22,673 bases of DNA. Source: Verrucomicrobiales bacterium. Lineage in GTDB: Bacteria; Verrucomicrobiota; Verrucomicrobiia; Verrucomicrobiales; SLCJ01. Position numbers and translations under genes: made by a program. Below the pieces are notes generated by a model that worked only from the letters and a program-made list of their open reading frames with translations, did no database searches and was not told the DNA's origin. Every line of letters begins with the position of its first letter. Within the stretch, counting starts at the first letter, position 1. The DNA lies in NCBI GenBank assembly GCA_046075565.1, contig JBJTQJ010000001.1:1-22673 (forward strand). Direction: 5' to 3'. Below, piece after piece: positions 1 through 8,419 of this stretch.

Positions 1-39
1 ATTGTTGGCACGGGTTGGCCGCTTGTTTTTGTTTTTCAT
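1..39 (-). CDS. Possible N-terminus of the next gene (MKNKNKRPTRANN...), running off the window edge
   Basis: ATG at 39 on the minus strand, open to position 1. Basic N-terminus, same orientation as the upstream sulfatase. Only 13 codons are visible. Confidence 0.25.
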   Translation of the reverse strand, partial: MKNKNKRPTRANN

Positions 40-142
40 ACCCTACCGAGTGGCAGGGATTCAAACCGGGCGCCAGCCCACTTTTCACCAAATTTCAGGA
101 AATCCTATGGGATGCCTGTGAATTGGTTTGCCGGAGTCGGGC

Positions 143-1687
143 TCAATTCGCATCCTGGTTCAGCGGTTCATCCACCACCTTGGGAGAGGGAAAATCGGCG
201 GCTTTTTCCCCACCACGCCCGCGCAGTCGTTTGTCATTGAAGCCACCGACCGGTTGATTGAGAGGGATTTCCATGCCCCCGAGTTTGCCCATCATTTGGT
301 AGAGCCGGTTTTCCATGTCCTTCGCTTCCTTGGACCGGACTGGTTCATAAATGAGGTTTTTCGACTCGTTTGGATCCGCGGCGAGGTCGTAGAATTCGTC
401 GGAGTCCCAGAGTCCGTAGTAGGTGATGTATTTGGCCTTGGGTGTGCGCAGGGCGAAGGTGGTCGGTGTCTGGGGAAAATTCTTCTCCCAGTAATATACG
501 TAGAGGAATTGCTCGCGCCATGGGACAGACTCGCCGCGAAGCAACGGGAGAAAACTCTCGCCGTCCATGTGCGGCGGCGTGCGCAAACCCATCGCCTCCA
601 TCACGGTCGGGGCGACATCGATGTTGGCAATCATTTCCTCCGTCACCGTGCCGCCCTTGATGATGGCAGGGCATTGCACGAGCATGGGAACCCTCATCGA
701 GGTTTCATAGGCGACACGTTTGTCGATGAGCCCGTGTTCGCCGAACATGAAGCCGTTGTCGGACATGTAGATGACGAGGGTATCATCGTAAATGCCCATG
801 TCCTTCAACTGCTGGAGCACACGCCCGATGCTGTCGTCCACCGAGCGCAAGGTCTCGCAATATCTCTTGTAGTAACGCTCGATGTCGAGCTTGCTGTGAT
901 AGGGGAAATCGACACCGTGCCACGAATTGCGCTGGTCGCGCAACCAGCGCGGTTTGAGAAGGTCGTCGGCGGTGGTCGATTCCGACGGCGGGCGTTGGAA
1001 TGGCAGGTCCTTGAAACTGTCCTCGTATTTGTCTGCGGGCGTGAAGTTGGCATGCACCGCCTTGTGCGAGAGATACATGAAGAAGGGTTTCTCCGATGGC
1101 TTTTGCTGTTTGAGCCAGTCGATGGCGTAGTCGGTCAATTCGGTGGTGATGTAGCCTTTTTGTTTCACGCGTTGGCCGTCGACATTGAGCGTGTAGTCGG
1201 GCGAAGGCGGCAGGTATTCGCCTTGTCCGACGAAACTCACCCAATGGTCCCAACCGGGTTGCTGCTTGTCGCTTTCACCGCCCATGTGCCATTTTCCAAA
1301 GAAGCCTGTGGTGTAACCGGCCTTCTGGAGGTATTGCGGAAAATAGACGGTGCCGGGCGGGATGGGACGGTTGTTATCAATGACGCGGTGTCGGAAGGTA
1401 TAGAGGCCGGTTAAAATAGACGCGCGACTGGGTGAACAGAGCGCGGTGGTGACCAGCGCGTTCTTCAAGTAAGCCCCGTTTTGCGCGAGCGAATCCATGA
1501 CCGGAGTCTTGGCGAATTGGTGGCCGAGGAAACCCATCGCGTCGTAGCGGTGGTCGTCAGAGAGGATGAAGACGACATTGCGCGGCTTTGCACCGGGCAT
1601 ACGCTCGGGCACGACTTCGGTGGGCATGGGCGCGGCGGCAAACGCGGCGGCCGGGAAGAGGATCAGGTATCTGAGCAGGTTTTTCAT
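143..1687 (-). CDS. Secreted S1 (formylglycine-dependent) sulfatase, N-acetylglucosamine-6-sulfatase-like, 514 aa
   Basis: Likely start MKNLLRYLILFPAAAFAAA (signal peptide, ATG at 1687, not the ORF-track start at 1942). Motifs NVVFILSDDHRYD, LCSPSRASILTG (CxPxR), GKWH, YLSHKAVH, SDNG...GEHGLIDKR. TGA at 143-145. Confidence 0.93.
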   Translation of the reverse strand: MKNLLRYLILFPAAAFAAAPMPTEVVPERMPGAKPRNVVFILSDDHRYDAMGFLGHQFAKTPVMDSLAQNGAYLKNALVTTALCSPSRASILTGLYTFRHRVIDNNRPIPPGTVYFPQYLQKAGYTTGFFGKWHMGGESDKQQPGWDHWVSFVGQGEYLPPSPDYTLNVDGQRVKQKGYITTELTDYAIDWLKQQKPSEKPFFMYLSHKAVHANFTPADKYEDSFKDLPFQRPPSESTTADDLLKPRWLRDQRNSWHGVDFPYHSKLDIERYYKRYCETLRSVDDSIGRVLQQLKDMGIYDDTLVIYMSDNGFMFGEHGLIDKRVAYETSMRVPMLVQCPAIIKGGTVTEEMIANIDVAPTVMEAMGLRTPPHMDGESFLPLLRGESVPWREQFLYVYYWEKNFPQTPTTFALRTPKAKYITYYGLWDSDEFYDLAADPNESKNLIYEPVRSKEAKDMENRLYQMMGKLGGMEIPLNQPVGGFNDKRLRGRGGEKAADFPSPKVVDEPLNQDAN

Positions 1688-1742
1688 GGTGTGTGAAATT
1701 TGCCGGGGTGGAGATGAGACACCGCCCGATGGATGCATGCTC

Positions 1743-3158
1743 TTATTTCGCGGTTGGAAATCCTCTTGCAAGGATTCCCGCCAAACGTTCCCGCGTACTG
1801 ATGTGTTTGGGATCCTCGGCGAGGTTGTGATATTCCCCCGCGTCGGCTTCGTGGTCGTAGAGTTCAGCACCTGCTTTTCCCTTATCCCCCCACTCGGTGT
1901 AGCGCCAGCGCTGCGTCCGCACGCTCCTGCCGATTGGCCCACGGTTGACTTGGGTGAAAACGGCTTCCTTGCCGGGGTGATCCGGATTGTCGAAGACCGG
2001 ACGCAAGCTCGTGCCCGCGAGTTGGTGTGGGGCTTCGATGCGGGCGTAGTCGATCAAAGTCGGGTAAAGATCGACGAACTCCATGAGAGCTTCGGTAGGC
2101 CGTCCCATGCCTTTCGCGCCTGGGATCCACGCGATCATCGGGCTGCGTACACCGAGTTCATAAACGGTAACTTTGTTCCACCAGTCATGCTCGCCAAGAT
2201 GGTAGCCGTGGTCGCCAATCAGGACCACAATGGTATTGTCCCACAGTTTGTGTTGGTCCAGCGCGTCGAGGATGCGGCCGACCTGGGCGTCGGCAAAACT
2301 GACACAGGCCAGATAGGCGCGCTTGAATTCGAGACGCTCCTTGTCGGTGAAGGTCGCGAAGTCCTTCTGATTGGGAATGGCATATCGGGGCAGCGGGCTG
2401 CGGTCGGCGGGATCCTTGATCAGTTTCGTGGAACCCTCCGGATACATGTCGAAATACTTCCGGGGCGCGATGAACGGGTCATGGGGCTTATGAATACCGA
2501 GGGCGAGGAAAAACGGCTTGCCGTGATGTTCATCGAGCACGCGCAGGGCTTCGGTGGTGTTGATGCCATCGGGTTGGTCGTTGTCGGTGCCTTTGGCGGC
2601 GCGCCATTCACACCACTTCAGCCGGCCGCCGGTCAGGTTGCGGCCCTCGCCCTCGCGGCCGACCTTGGGGGCGTCGCGCAGACAGTCGAAGAAGTGATTC
2701 CATGATTTCGGATCCTGGAACAACGCCTCCTTACCCTCCGCGTCCTTGCCGAGGTGAAAGACCTTGCCGATGCCAGCCGTGAAATAGCCATTGCGGCGGA
2801 AGAGTTCGGGCAAGGAGATAAGATCCGGCAGTTTTTGCCGGAAAGACACCTCGTTGGTGACGATACCTGTTTCATCCGGTCGCAAGCCTGACAGGAGAGA
2901 CGATCGGCTCGGGTTGCAGACAGGATACTGGGCATAGGCGTGCTGGAAGAGCATACCCCGTTTGGCCAGACGGTCGATGTTCGGGGAAATCACGCCGCTG
3001 ACCCCGTAGCAACCCAACTCTGGCCGCAGGTCATCGAGGACAAGGAATACGACATTGGGAGGTTCCGCGGAAGTAACAGTGCCCGCACCCAGAACGAAAG
3101 CAACGGCAAGGAGCAGGCGGACGAGGCGAGCGGGTGGGTTCATGGTCAGGTTGTTCAT
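1743..3158 (-). CDS. Secreted S1 sulfatase, iduronate-2-sulfatase-like
   Basis: Signal peptide, then PPNVVFLVLDDLRPELGCYG, VCNPSRSSLLSGLRPD, GKVFH, GIHKPHDPF, GDHGYHLGEH..WNK. ATG at 3158 overlaps the upstream stop (ATGA, 3155-3158). Alternative start at 3143. Confidence 0.92.
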   Translation of the reverse strand: MNNLTMNPPARLVRLLLAVAFVLGAGTVTSAEPPNVVFLVLDDLRPELGCYGVSGVISPNIDRLAKRGMLFQHAYAQYPVCNPSRSSLLSGLRPDETGIVTNEVSFRQKLPDLISLPELFRRNGYFTAGIGKVFHLGKDAEGKEALFQDPKSWNHFFDCLRDAPKVGREGEGRNLTGGRLKWCEWRAAKGTDNDQPDGINTTEALRVLDEHHGKPFFLALGIHKPHDPFIAPRKYFDMYPEGSTKLIKDPADRSPLPRYAIPNQKDFATFTDKERLEFKRAYLACVSFADAQVGRILDALDQHKLWDNTIVVLIGDHGYHLGEHDWWNKVTVYELGVRSPMIAWIPGAKGMGRPTEALMEFVDLYPTLIDYARIEAPHQLAGTSLRPVFDNPDHPGKEAVFTQVNRGPIGRSVRTQRWRYTEWGDKGKAGAELYDHEADAGEYHNLAEDPKHISTRERLAGILARGFPTAK

Positions 3159-4525
3159 TTTCCGGATGCCCTTACCGGCGGCTGGGGAGTGGAAGGAAGT
3201 TCACCACGCAGGCGCTTGGCGGCCTCGCCGACCAGCCAGAGGTAGTGGTCGCTCGGCAGCTCGCCATAGGTTAGGAAGCGGCTTTCTCCAACCGGCACAT
3301 CGTTGGTGACTTTGAAAATCTGGGTCCCCTCATCGAGTTCGTCGAACATCGCCTGATACATCATCTTCACACCGCCCTCGCGGATGTGGGCATCATACTG
3401 GGCCCAGAGAAATTTGCCATCCTCGCGGTCGATAAAGGAGTTGGGATTCATGTCGGTGCCTTTCTTCAGGTTCGACCATGCAAAGCCAGGGAAAACCACC
3501 GGCATGAAATCCTTGCCCAACCTTTCGCACCAGGCGCGATCCTCCTTCGCGCGGGTATTGGCGTATTCCCTCGCCTGGGTTGCCTTCTGGTAACGCCCGA
3601 CCATCCATGGCGAGATGATGTCGGCCATTTGATAAACCGCTTTCCATTGCGGGAATGGACCGGCGTCTTTCCCTCCCTCGCGCCAATGCGTGGAGGTGCC
3701 CAGCATCACGGTAAGCCCGCCGCATTCCGGATCATTCTTGAGGAAACCGACCAGATCGGCGACTTCCTTCGGCCCGTAGTCGCGACCGCCGAATCCCACA
3801 CCCCAGAGAGCGACTACCGGACGACCCTTGTGCCTCTGGTGTGATTTGTCCTTGAGGATGCCCATCTCCTTCACCAGAAACCGCCAGTCGTCTTTCACGC
3901 TGGCGATTCGCTCGGCCTGCATGTTGGTCAGGTCATACATCACCGCGAAGTTGCGTCCGTGTTTTTCCGCTCCGATCCGACAGTGGTCGAGGGTTTTGTT
4001 AACCGTCCGCGACTTCGGTGTATCGGCACGACCGTTCTTGGTGGTCACTTCGGTGGCGAAGCGTTGCACGAAGACACCGTCAATGTCGTATTCCTCCATC
4101 CATTGGAAGTGGCGCGTCACGGTATCGCGCACCGCCGAACTGAAGACCTGGGCGACGCGGCCATCGGCGTGCCGGAAGGGAGTGTCGAATCGCTCGTGCG
4201 GAGCGAATTCACTCATATCCGGCCAGAACTCGATGCCGGCCGCGCCGGGTTTGAATCCATCCTCCGGGTGGCTGTAGTGACGCCAGCCATGGCCTTCCTT
4301 GTCACCCGGTGTATTAAACCATCCTTGGTAGCCGCACATCACCTTACCGTTGAGTGTTGAAGAATCGACGCGGACTTTAGCAGCAACAGATTCCGTCTTG
4401 GGCACTTCAAGCTTGCCCGCAGGCTGACGCTCGGTTTTTCGACACGAAGCGATTGTGCATCCGATGAATCCGCAAAACAGCAGTGTGACCCCCATCTCCC
4501 GCAGGGCGTGGATCCGGTCAATCAT
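3155..4525 (-). CDS. GH99/GH71-like glycoside hydrolase, predicted lipoprotein, 456 aa
   Basis: Likely start MIDRIH (4525) overlaps the symporter stop. Lipobox IASC. Motifs STLNGKVMCGYQGWF, HFQWMEEYDIDGVFVQRF, ADIISPWMVGRY, PVVFPGFAWSN and AMFDELDEGTQIFK are typical of the GH99_GH71-like group. Confidence 0.82.
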   Translation of the reverse strand: MIDRIHALREMGVTLLFCGFIGCTIASCRKTERQPAGKLEVPKTESVAAKVRVDSSTLNGKVMCGYQGWFNTPGDKEGHGWRHYSHPEDGFKPGAAGIEFWPDMSEFAPHERFDTPFRHADGRVAQVFSSAVRDTVTRHFQWMEEYDIDGVFVQRFATEVTTKNGRADTPKSRTVNKTLDHCRIGAEKHGRNFAVMYDLTNMQAERIASVKDDWRFLVKEMGILKDKSHQRHKGRPVVALWGVGFGGRDYGPKEVADLVGFLKNDPECGGLTVMLGTSTHWREGGKDAGPFPQWKAVYQMADIISPWMVGRYQKATQAREYANTRAKEDRAWCERLGKDFMPVVFPGFAWSNLKKGTDMNPNSFIDREDGKFLWAQYDAHIREGGVKMMYQAMFDELDEGTQIFKVTNDVPVGESRFLTYGELPSDHYLWLVGEAAKRLRGELPSTPQPPVRASGK

Positions 4526-6485
4526 AAAGATTCCCTTTCGGCTGGTAACGAATCCAAACAAACCACATGGCGATGAAACTGGCCAAGCCAAGGGCGGCAG
4601 ACCCGGCGAAGCCCTGCCAGTTGTGAATGATGAAAAGCATCGGCGCGAGGAAGAGGCAGGTTTGCCAAATCAGGGCGAAAGGCAGGGCGAGAATATCCTG
4701 ACGGTGCTCGCGGGTCGTCTTGGCTCGTTCTTCCGGAGACAGGGTTTCCTTGAGATGACCCCAGATGCCGAACGGCCGGGTTTCCATATACATCTTGCGA
4801 AGAACCTCCGGGTCGGTGGGCGAAGTCAATAATGCGACGGTGACAGAGGCAAACAAGCCGACACTGAGCACGAAAATGAACTGCCAGAGTTCGCTCAGAT
4901 CCGGCCAGACCAGGCGTTGGATGATCGCGGCCACGATGCCAATGAGCGTGCCGATGGCGCTGCCCGCGCCATTGAACCTCCACCAGTAGAGGCGGAGGAA
5001 GGCGGGCACGAGGAAACCAGCGCCGAAGCCCATCATCATCCAGCCCCAGATGTCGTTGATGCTGTCGAGAGTGAGCGAAAACAGATAACTGCATGCGACA
5101 ATGCCCACCACGGTGCCCCAACTGGCGAAGATCAATTCGCGGGTTTGCGCTTTCGGGCGCAGCCACTTGTGGTAGAAGTCGTTTACGAACTGTCCGGTGG
5201 CGAGGTTCACCCAACTGCCGAACGTCGAGAGTGCGGCGGCGATAAGCGCGATTACCAGCACGCCGCGCATGCCATCGCCCACCGACATCATCAGCACCGC
5301 CGAGAGGATTTTTTCCGGATTCACCGTCCCTTCGAAACTGATCATATTCAGTTTCTCTGCCCATTTTTCTTCTCCGAGCAGGGTTTTGAGCGAAGCCACC
5401 AACTCCGGCTTTTCTTTGTCGGGAACATTAGCAATTGAGGAGATGAGTGTGCCCCATTCAGGCTTGGCTGTTTCCGGATGGGCGTTGTGGATGAGAGCGG
5501 CCGCCTCCTTGAGTTTTGCTTGTTCGGGCAGCAGGTCCTTCACGAGGTAAAGACCCATCACCGCGATACCGATCATCATCGGCCAGCGCACGGTCATGAG
5601 AATCGTCCAGAGCATTGATAGCTTGCCGCACTCGCTGTCGTTTTTGGCACCAAAGTAACGCGGATCCGCACCTGTGCCGAGGCCGGCCACAATGGTGCGC
5701 ACGAGATAGAACGAAGCGAAGATAAGCAGGTGTTTGTAAACCTCATATCCTTCCGGCACATGGACGTTCCATTTCGGCACGCTACTGATCCAGTCCGGGT
5801 TCCCTGTCACCGCCGTGGCAATTTGCGAAATCTCGCCGGCATCACCGACATCTGTAAAGGCTTTCACCGAGATGTAAATCACCGCCACGAGGATGATGAA
5901 GACTTGGAACAGATCCGTGAAGATCACGCCGTAGAAGCCGGACATCATGGTGTAGAGGGTGGCGAGGACAAGCAGGGTCAACGCGCACGCTTCGGGAGAG
6001 AAAGGCAGGAAAGTGGAGAGGAAGATTCCGGCGCCGATGATAAGATAGGCGAGCATGCCGATGGTGGTGAGCACGGTGGCGATGACGCCCATCAATTGCG
6101 AAGCACGCCCGCCCCAGCAGTCGCCAAAGCGGTAGATATTCCACTCCGCGCCGGTCAGACAACCCGAGCGTCGGTGCCATTTGCCGGTCCACAGCATCAT
6201 AAAGGGAAGCACCAATACCGCGCCTCCGCGGAATTCGACGAACAATCCCTGTGGCCCCAGCAGGAACAAAAACGAGACAATCACTGCCGTGCCGGCAAGG
6301 TCGAGGAAACTCGCCATGCCGGAAATCCCCATGGCCCACCAAGGGATGTTCTTCCCACCGGTGATGTAATTGTCGAGACTGCGCGACGCGAGCTTCTTCA
6401 GGTAGAAACCGAGGAAGATGAGCACGAGGACGTAAAGTCCCATGAAGACGTAGTCGATGCTGCCGAAGTAGGTGGAAAGAGTCAT
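4518..6485 (-). CDS. Sodium:solute symporter (SSS/SLC5 family), 655 aa
   Basis: Many hydrophobic helices. N-terminal IDY...YVLVLIFLGFY...YITGGKNIPWWAMGISGMAS, YTMMSGFYGVIFTDLFQ, AAALSTFGSWVN and LRLYWWRFN match the SSS pattern. Confidence 0.92.
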   Translation of the reverse strand: MTLSTYFGSIDYVFMGLYVLVLIFLGFYLKKLASRSLDNYITGGKNIPWWAMGISGMASFLDLAGTAVIVSFLFLLGPQGLFVEFRGGAVLVLPFMMLWTGKWHRRSGCLTGAEWNIYRFGDCWGGRASQLMGVIATVLTTIGMLAYLIIGAGIFLSTFLPFSPEACALTLLVLATLYTMMSGFYGVIFTDLFQVFIILVAVIYISVKAFTDVGDAGEISQIATAVTGNPDWISSVPKWNVHVPEGYEVYKHLLIFASFYLVRTIVAGLGTGADPRYFGAKNDSECGKLSMLWTILMTVRWPMMIGIAVMGLYLVKDLLPEQAKLKEAAALIHNAHPETAKPEWGTLISSIANVPDKEKPELVASLKTLLGEEKWAEKLNMISFEGTVNPEKILSAVLMMSVGDGMRGVLVIALIAAALSTFGSWVNLATGQFVNDFYHKWLRPKAQTRELIFASWGTVVGIVACSYLFSLTLDSINDIWGWMMMGFGAGFLVPAFLRLYWWRFNGAGSAIGTLIGIVAAIIQRLVWPDLSELWQFIFVLSVGLFASVTVALLTSPTDPEVLRKMYMETRPFGIWGHLKETLSPEERAKTTREHRQDILALPFALIWQTCLFLAPMLFIIHNWQGFAGSAALGLASFIAMWFVWIRYQPKGNLYD

Positions 6486-6643
6486 GGGAGATTCGCAGGT
6501 GTCTTGTCGTCGGTGTGAATGAAGTTCAAGTTGGGCCTGTTTGCCTCGCTGCAGGCCATGGCTGGGGAGTCAGAGCGAACGACCGCCGGGCTGAGCGGCA
6601 GGACCAGGACGAACTGAGATCTAGCAACATGCTCGGCAGACGT
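6482..6643 (-). pseudogene. Decayed 5' stub of a sulfatase-like gene (mini-ORF 6482..6559, MACSEANRPNLNFIHTDDKTPANLP)
   Basis: Manual translation: ...RSQFVLVLPLSPAVVRSDSPAMACSEANRPNLNFIHTDD. RPNLNFIHTDD resembles the sulfatase N-terminal motif xPN(I/V)(L/V)FI(L/M)xDD. Its TGA overlaps the symporter ATG (ATGA). Confidence 0.5.
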
Positions 6644-6722
6644 TTAGAATGGGAGTGGCTTTAGCAACCCGGACGGCCCGGTGCTTCCCTTAGGGTGGCA
6701 CGAGGCGTCCTCATGACTGCCA

Positions 6723-8081
6723 TCAAGTGAGTTTCGGTTCCCAGCCCGCGCGGTATTGGCGTTTGATCATTCCCCCTGCTTCTGGCAGCCCGCGGGCGGC
6801 GAGATTTTCCGCATCCCAGTCGACTTTTTTGCCACTGCGCACGGCGAGATTTCCGGCCAAGACCATTTCCGTCAATGGACCGGCATGATCCTCGAAGTTG
6901 GAAACCGGTTTCGGCCCTTGGCCGCGTACCGCGAGACAAAGCTCCTGAGTCGGGCCACCTTTGACCCGGGGATAAACCTTCGGAACGGACCTTGCCTTCT
7001 CACGCAGCGCTTCAGGGAAGATGCTTGGCATGGTTTCGCAGTAAGCGTCGTTGAAAAAGATGATGCCCTCGGTGCCAATGAAGACCTGGCCGAATTCGGG
7101 GTTCAATTCGACATCGGCTGGTAGTCCGGGGGGACGAACGAAGTCCTTGTCAGAGTTGGCGTCGGCCACCCCATCCTGCCAGACAACCTTGACCGGGCCG
7201 CGTTTGCCTTTGGCCGGGAATTCATAGACAAGGGTGCTGCGTTTCGGCGCGAATGTGCCGTCGAACTCGGTGACTTTGCTCGCTTCAACGACAAAGTCCC
7301 CCTTGAGGTCGAGCGCCCAGAAGGCGGAATTCATACAGTGGCAACCAATGTCCCCCAAGGCACCGCAGCCATAATCCCAGAAACCACGCCATTTAAATGG
7401 ATGGATGGCCGGGCTGTAGGGTCGTTGGGTTGCAACCGTGCCCTGCCAAACGTCCCAGTTCAGGGTATCCGGCACGGGAGTCGATGGCAGAACGATACCA
7501 ACACCTTGCGGCCAAATCGGACGGTTTGTCCAATAGTGAACCTCCTTGACCTCGCCGATGAGACCGGCTTCGACCCACTCACGGAGCAGGCGGGTGCCTT
7601 GCAGCGTTGCTCCCTGATTGCCCATCACGGTCAGGACGCCTTTCTTCTTCGCATAGTCGGCGAGGGCACGGGTTTCCCACAGGTTGTTAGAGAGCGGTTT
7701 CTGGACCATCACCGGCTTGCCATGGCGGATGGCCTCGACGGCGATGGGGAAATGCATGTGGTCGGGCGTCGAAACGGTAACAACATCAATTTTGTCGGCG
7801 ACTTCGGCGAACATTTGCCGGAAATCCGAAAAATACCGGGCCTCCGGATACTGCGCCATGGCTTTCGCTGCAGAGTTCTTGTCCACATCGCAGAGGAAGG
7901 CGATCCGGTTTCCGGACGAGATTTCCGAGATGTCGCTCCGACCTTTGCCGCTGCAACCAACGGCTGCGACGTTGAGGGCGGAAGTAGCGCCTTGTCCAAG
8001 GAGGACGTTCGGAGCGAACATGCTCCCGGTAAGGGCGCTGGCGGACTTGAGGAAGCGGCGGCGGGTGGGAGATGTGGACAT
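6723..8081 (-). CDS. Tat-exported Gfo/Idh/MocA-family NAD(P)-dependent oxidoreductase, 452 aa
   Basis: Likely start MSTSPTRRRFLKSASA (twin-arginine signal, ATG at 8081). Rossmann-like LNVAAVGCSGKG, VSTPDHMH, VQKPL (EKP variant), MGNQG, WRGFWDYGCGALGDIGCH, C-terminal YRAGW. Confidence 0.9.
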   Translation of the reverse strand: MSTSPTRRRFLKSASALTGSMFAPNVLLGQGATSALNVAAVGCSGKGRSDISEISSGNRIAFLCDVDKNSAAKAMAQYPEARYFSDFRQMFAEVADKIDVVTVSTPDHMHFPIAVEAIRHGKPVMVQKPLSNNLWETRALADYAKKKGVLTVMGNQGATLQGTRLLREWVEAGLIGEVKEVHYWTNRPIWPQGVGIVLPSTPVPDTLNWDVWQGTVATQRPYSPAIHPFKWRGFWDYGCGALGDIGCHCMNSAFWALDLKGDFVVEASKVTEFDGTFAPKRSTLVYEFPAKGKRGPVKVVWQDGVADANSDKDFVRPPGLPADVELNPEFGQVFIGTEGIIFFNDAYCETMPSIFPEALREKARSVPKVYPRVKGGPTQELCLAVRGQGPKPVSNFEDHAGPLTEMVLAGNLAVRSGKKVDWDAENLAARGLPEAGGMIKRQYRAGWEPKLT

Positions 8082-8150
8082 GGGATGTCTGGTCGTTTGG
8101 GATTTGGTACGCTTGAATGGGGCCCGTGCTTTTCTGAAAACACGCCCACG

Positions 8151-8164
8151 GTGAAACGTTTTAC
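8151..8164. promoter_or_regulatory. LacI-family-type operator palindrome GTGAAACGTTTTAC in the divergent intergenic region
   Basis: 14-bp palindrome (6 of 7 pairs) with central CG and AAA-CG-TTT core, 70 bp upstream of the oxidoreductase start and about 255 bp upstream of GH38. Confidence 0.65.
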
Positions 8165-8419
8165 TCAAAAGTCGAAACTGTAAAGGGCAAACATCCGGAA
8201 TTCTTTCCCAACTCCGCAGCCGGGGAATTTTGTTCCAACATGGCCCCTTGGGCTTGAGGGAGGCAAAGTCGCCCCAAAAAACTCCTCAGAAAAAAGGATT
8301 AATCAAAAATCCTTGTGTTTTCCGAGAAATGCTTCAAACTAGGAAAACATTCATTTCCCGCAAGCTGGCCCAGACGTTTTTAGGGAGACAAAGGCCACAG
8401 GCGGACACTGCCATAGAAT

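Noticed and set aside
128..1414. Long plus-strand ORFs antisense to real genes (128..1414, 1566..2705, 12033..13121, 13327..14259, 16348..17733, 19821..20756; also minus 8351..9790)
   Set aside because: Shadow ORFs typical of high-GC coding DNA. They lack recognisable motifs, whereas the opposite strand has clear family signatures.
1688..1942. N-terminal extensions in the ORF track (starts at 1942, 4591, 8168, 11575)
   Set aside because: They overlap neighbouring genes or regulatory sites. Downstream ATGs (1687, 4525, 8081, 11533) give proper signal peptides or domain starts.
8414..8419. TAGAAT as a -10 element for GH38
   Set aside because: It directly abuts the ATG at 8420 and has no convincing -35, so it cannot be supported without TSS data.
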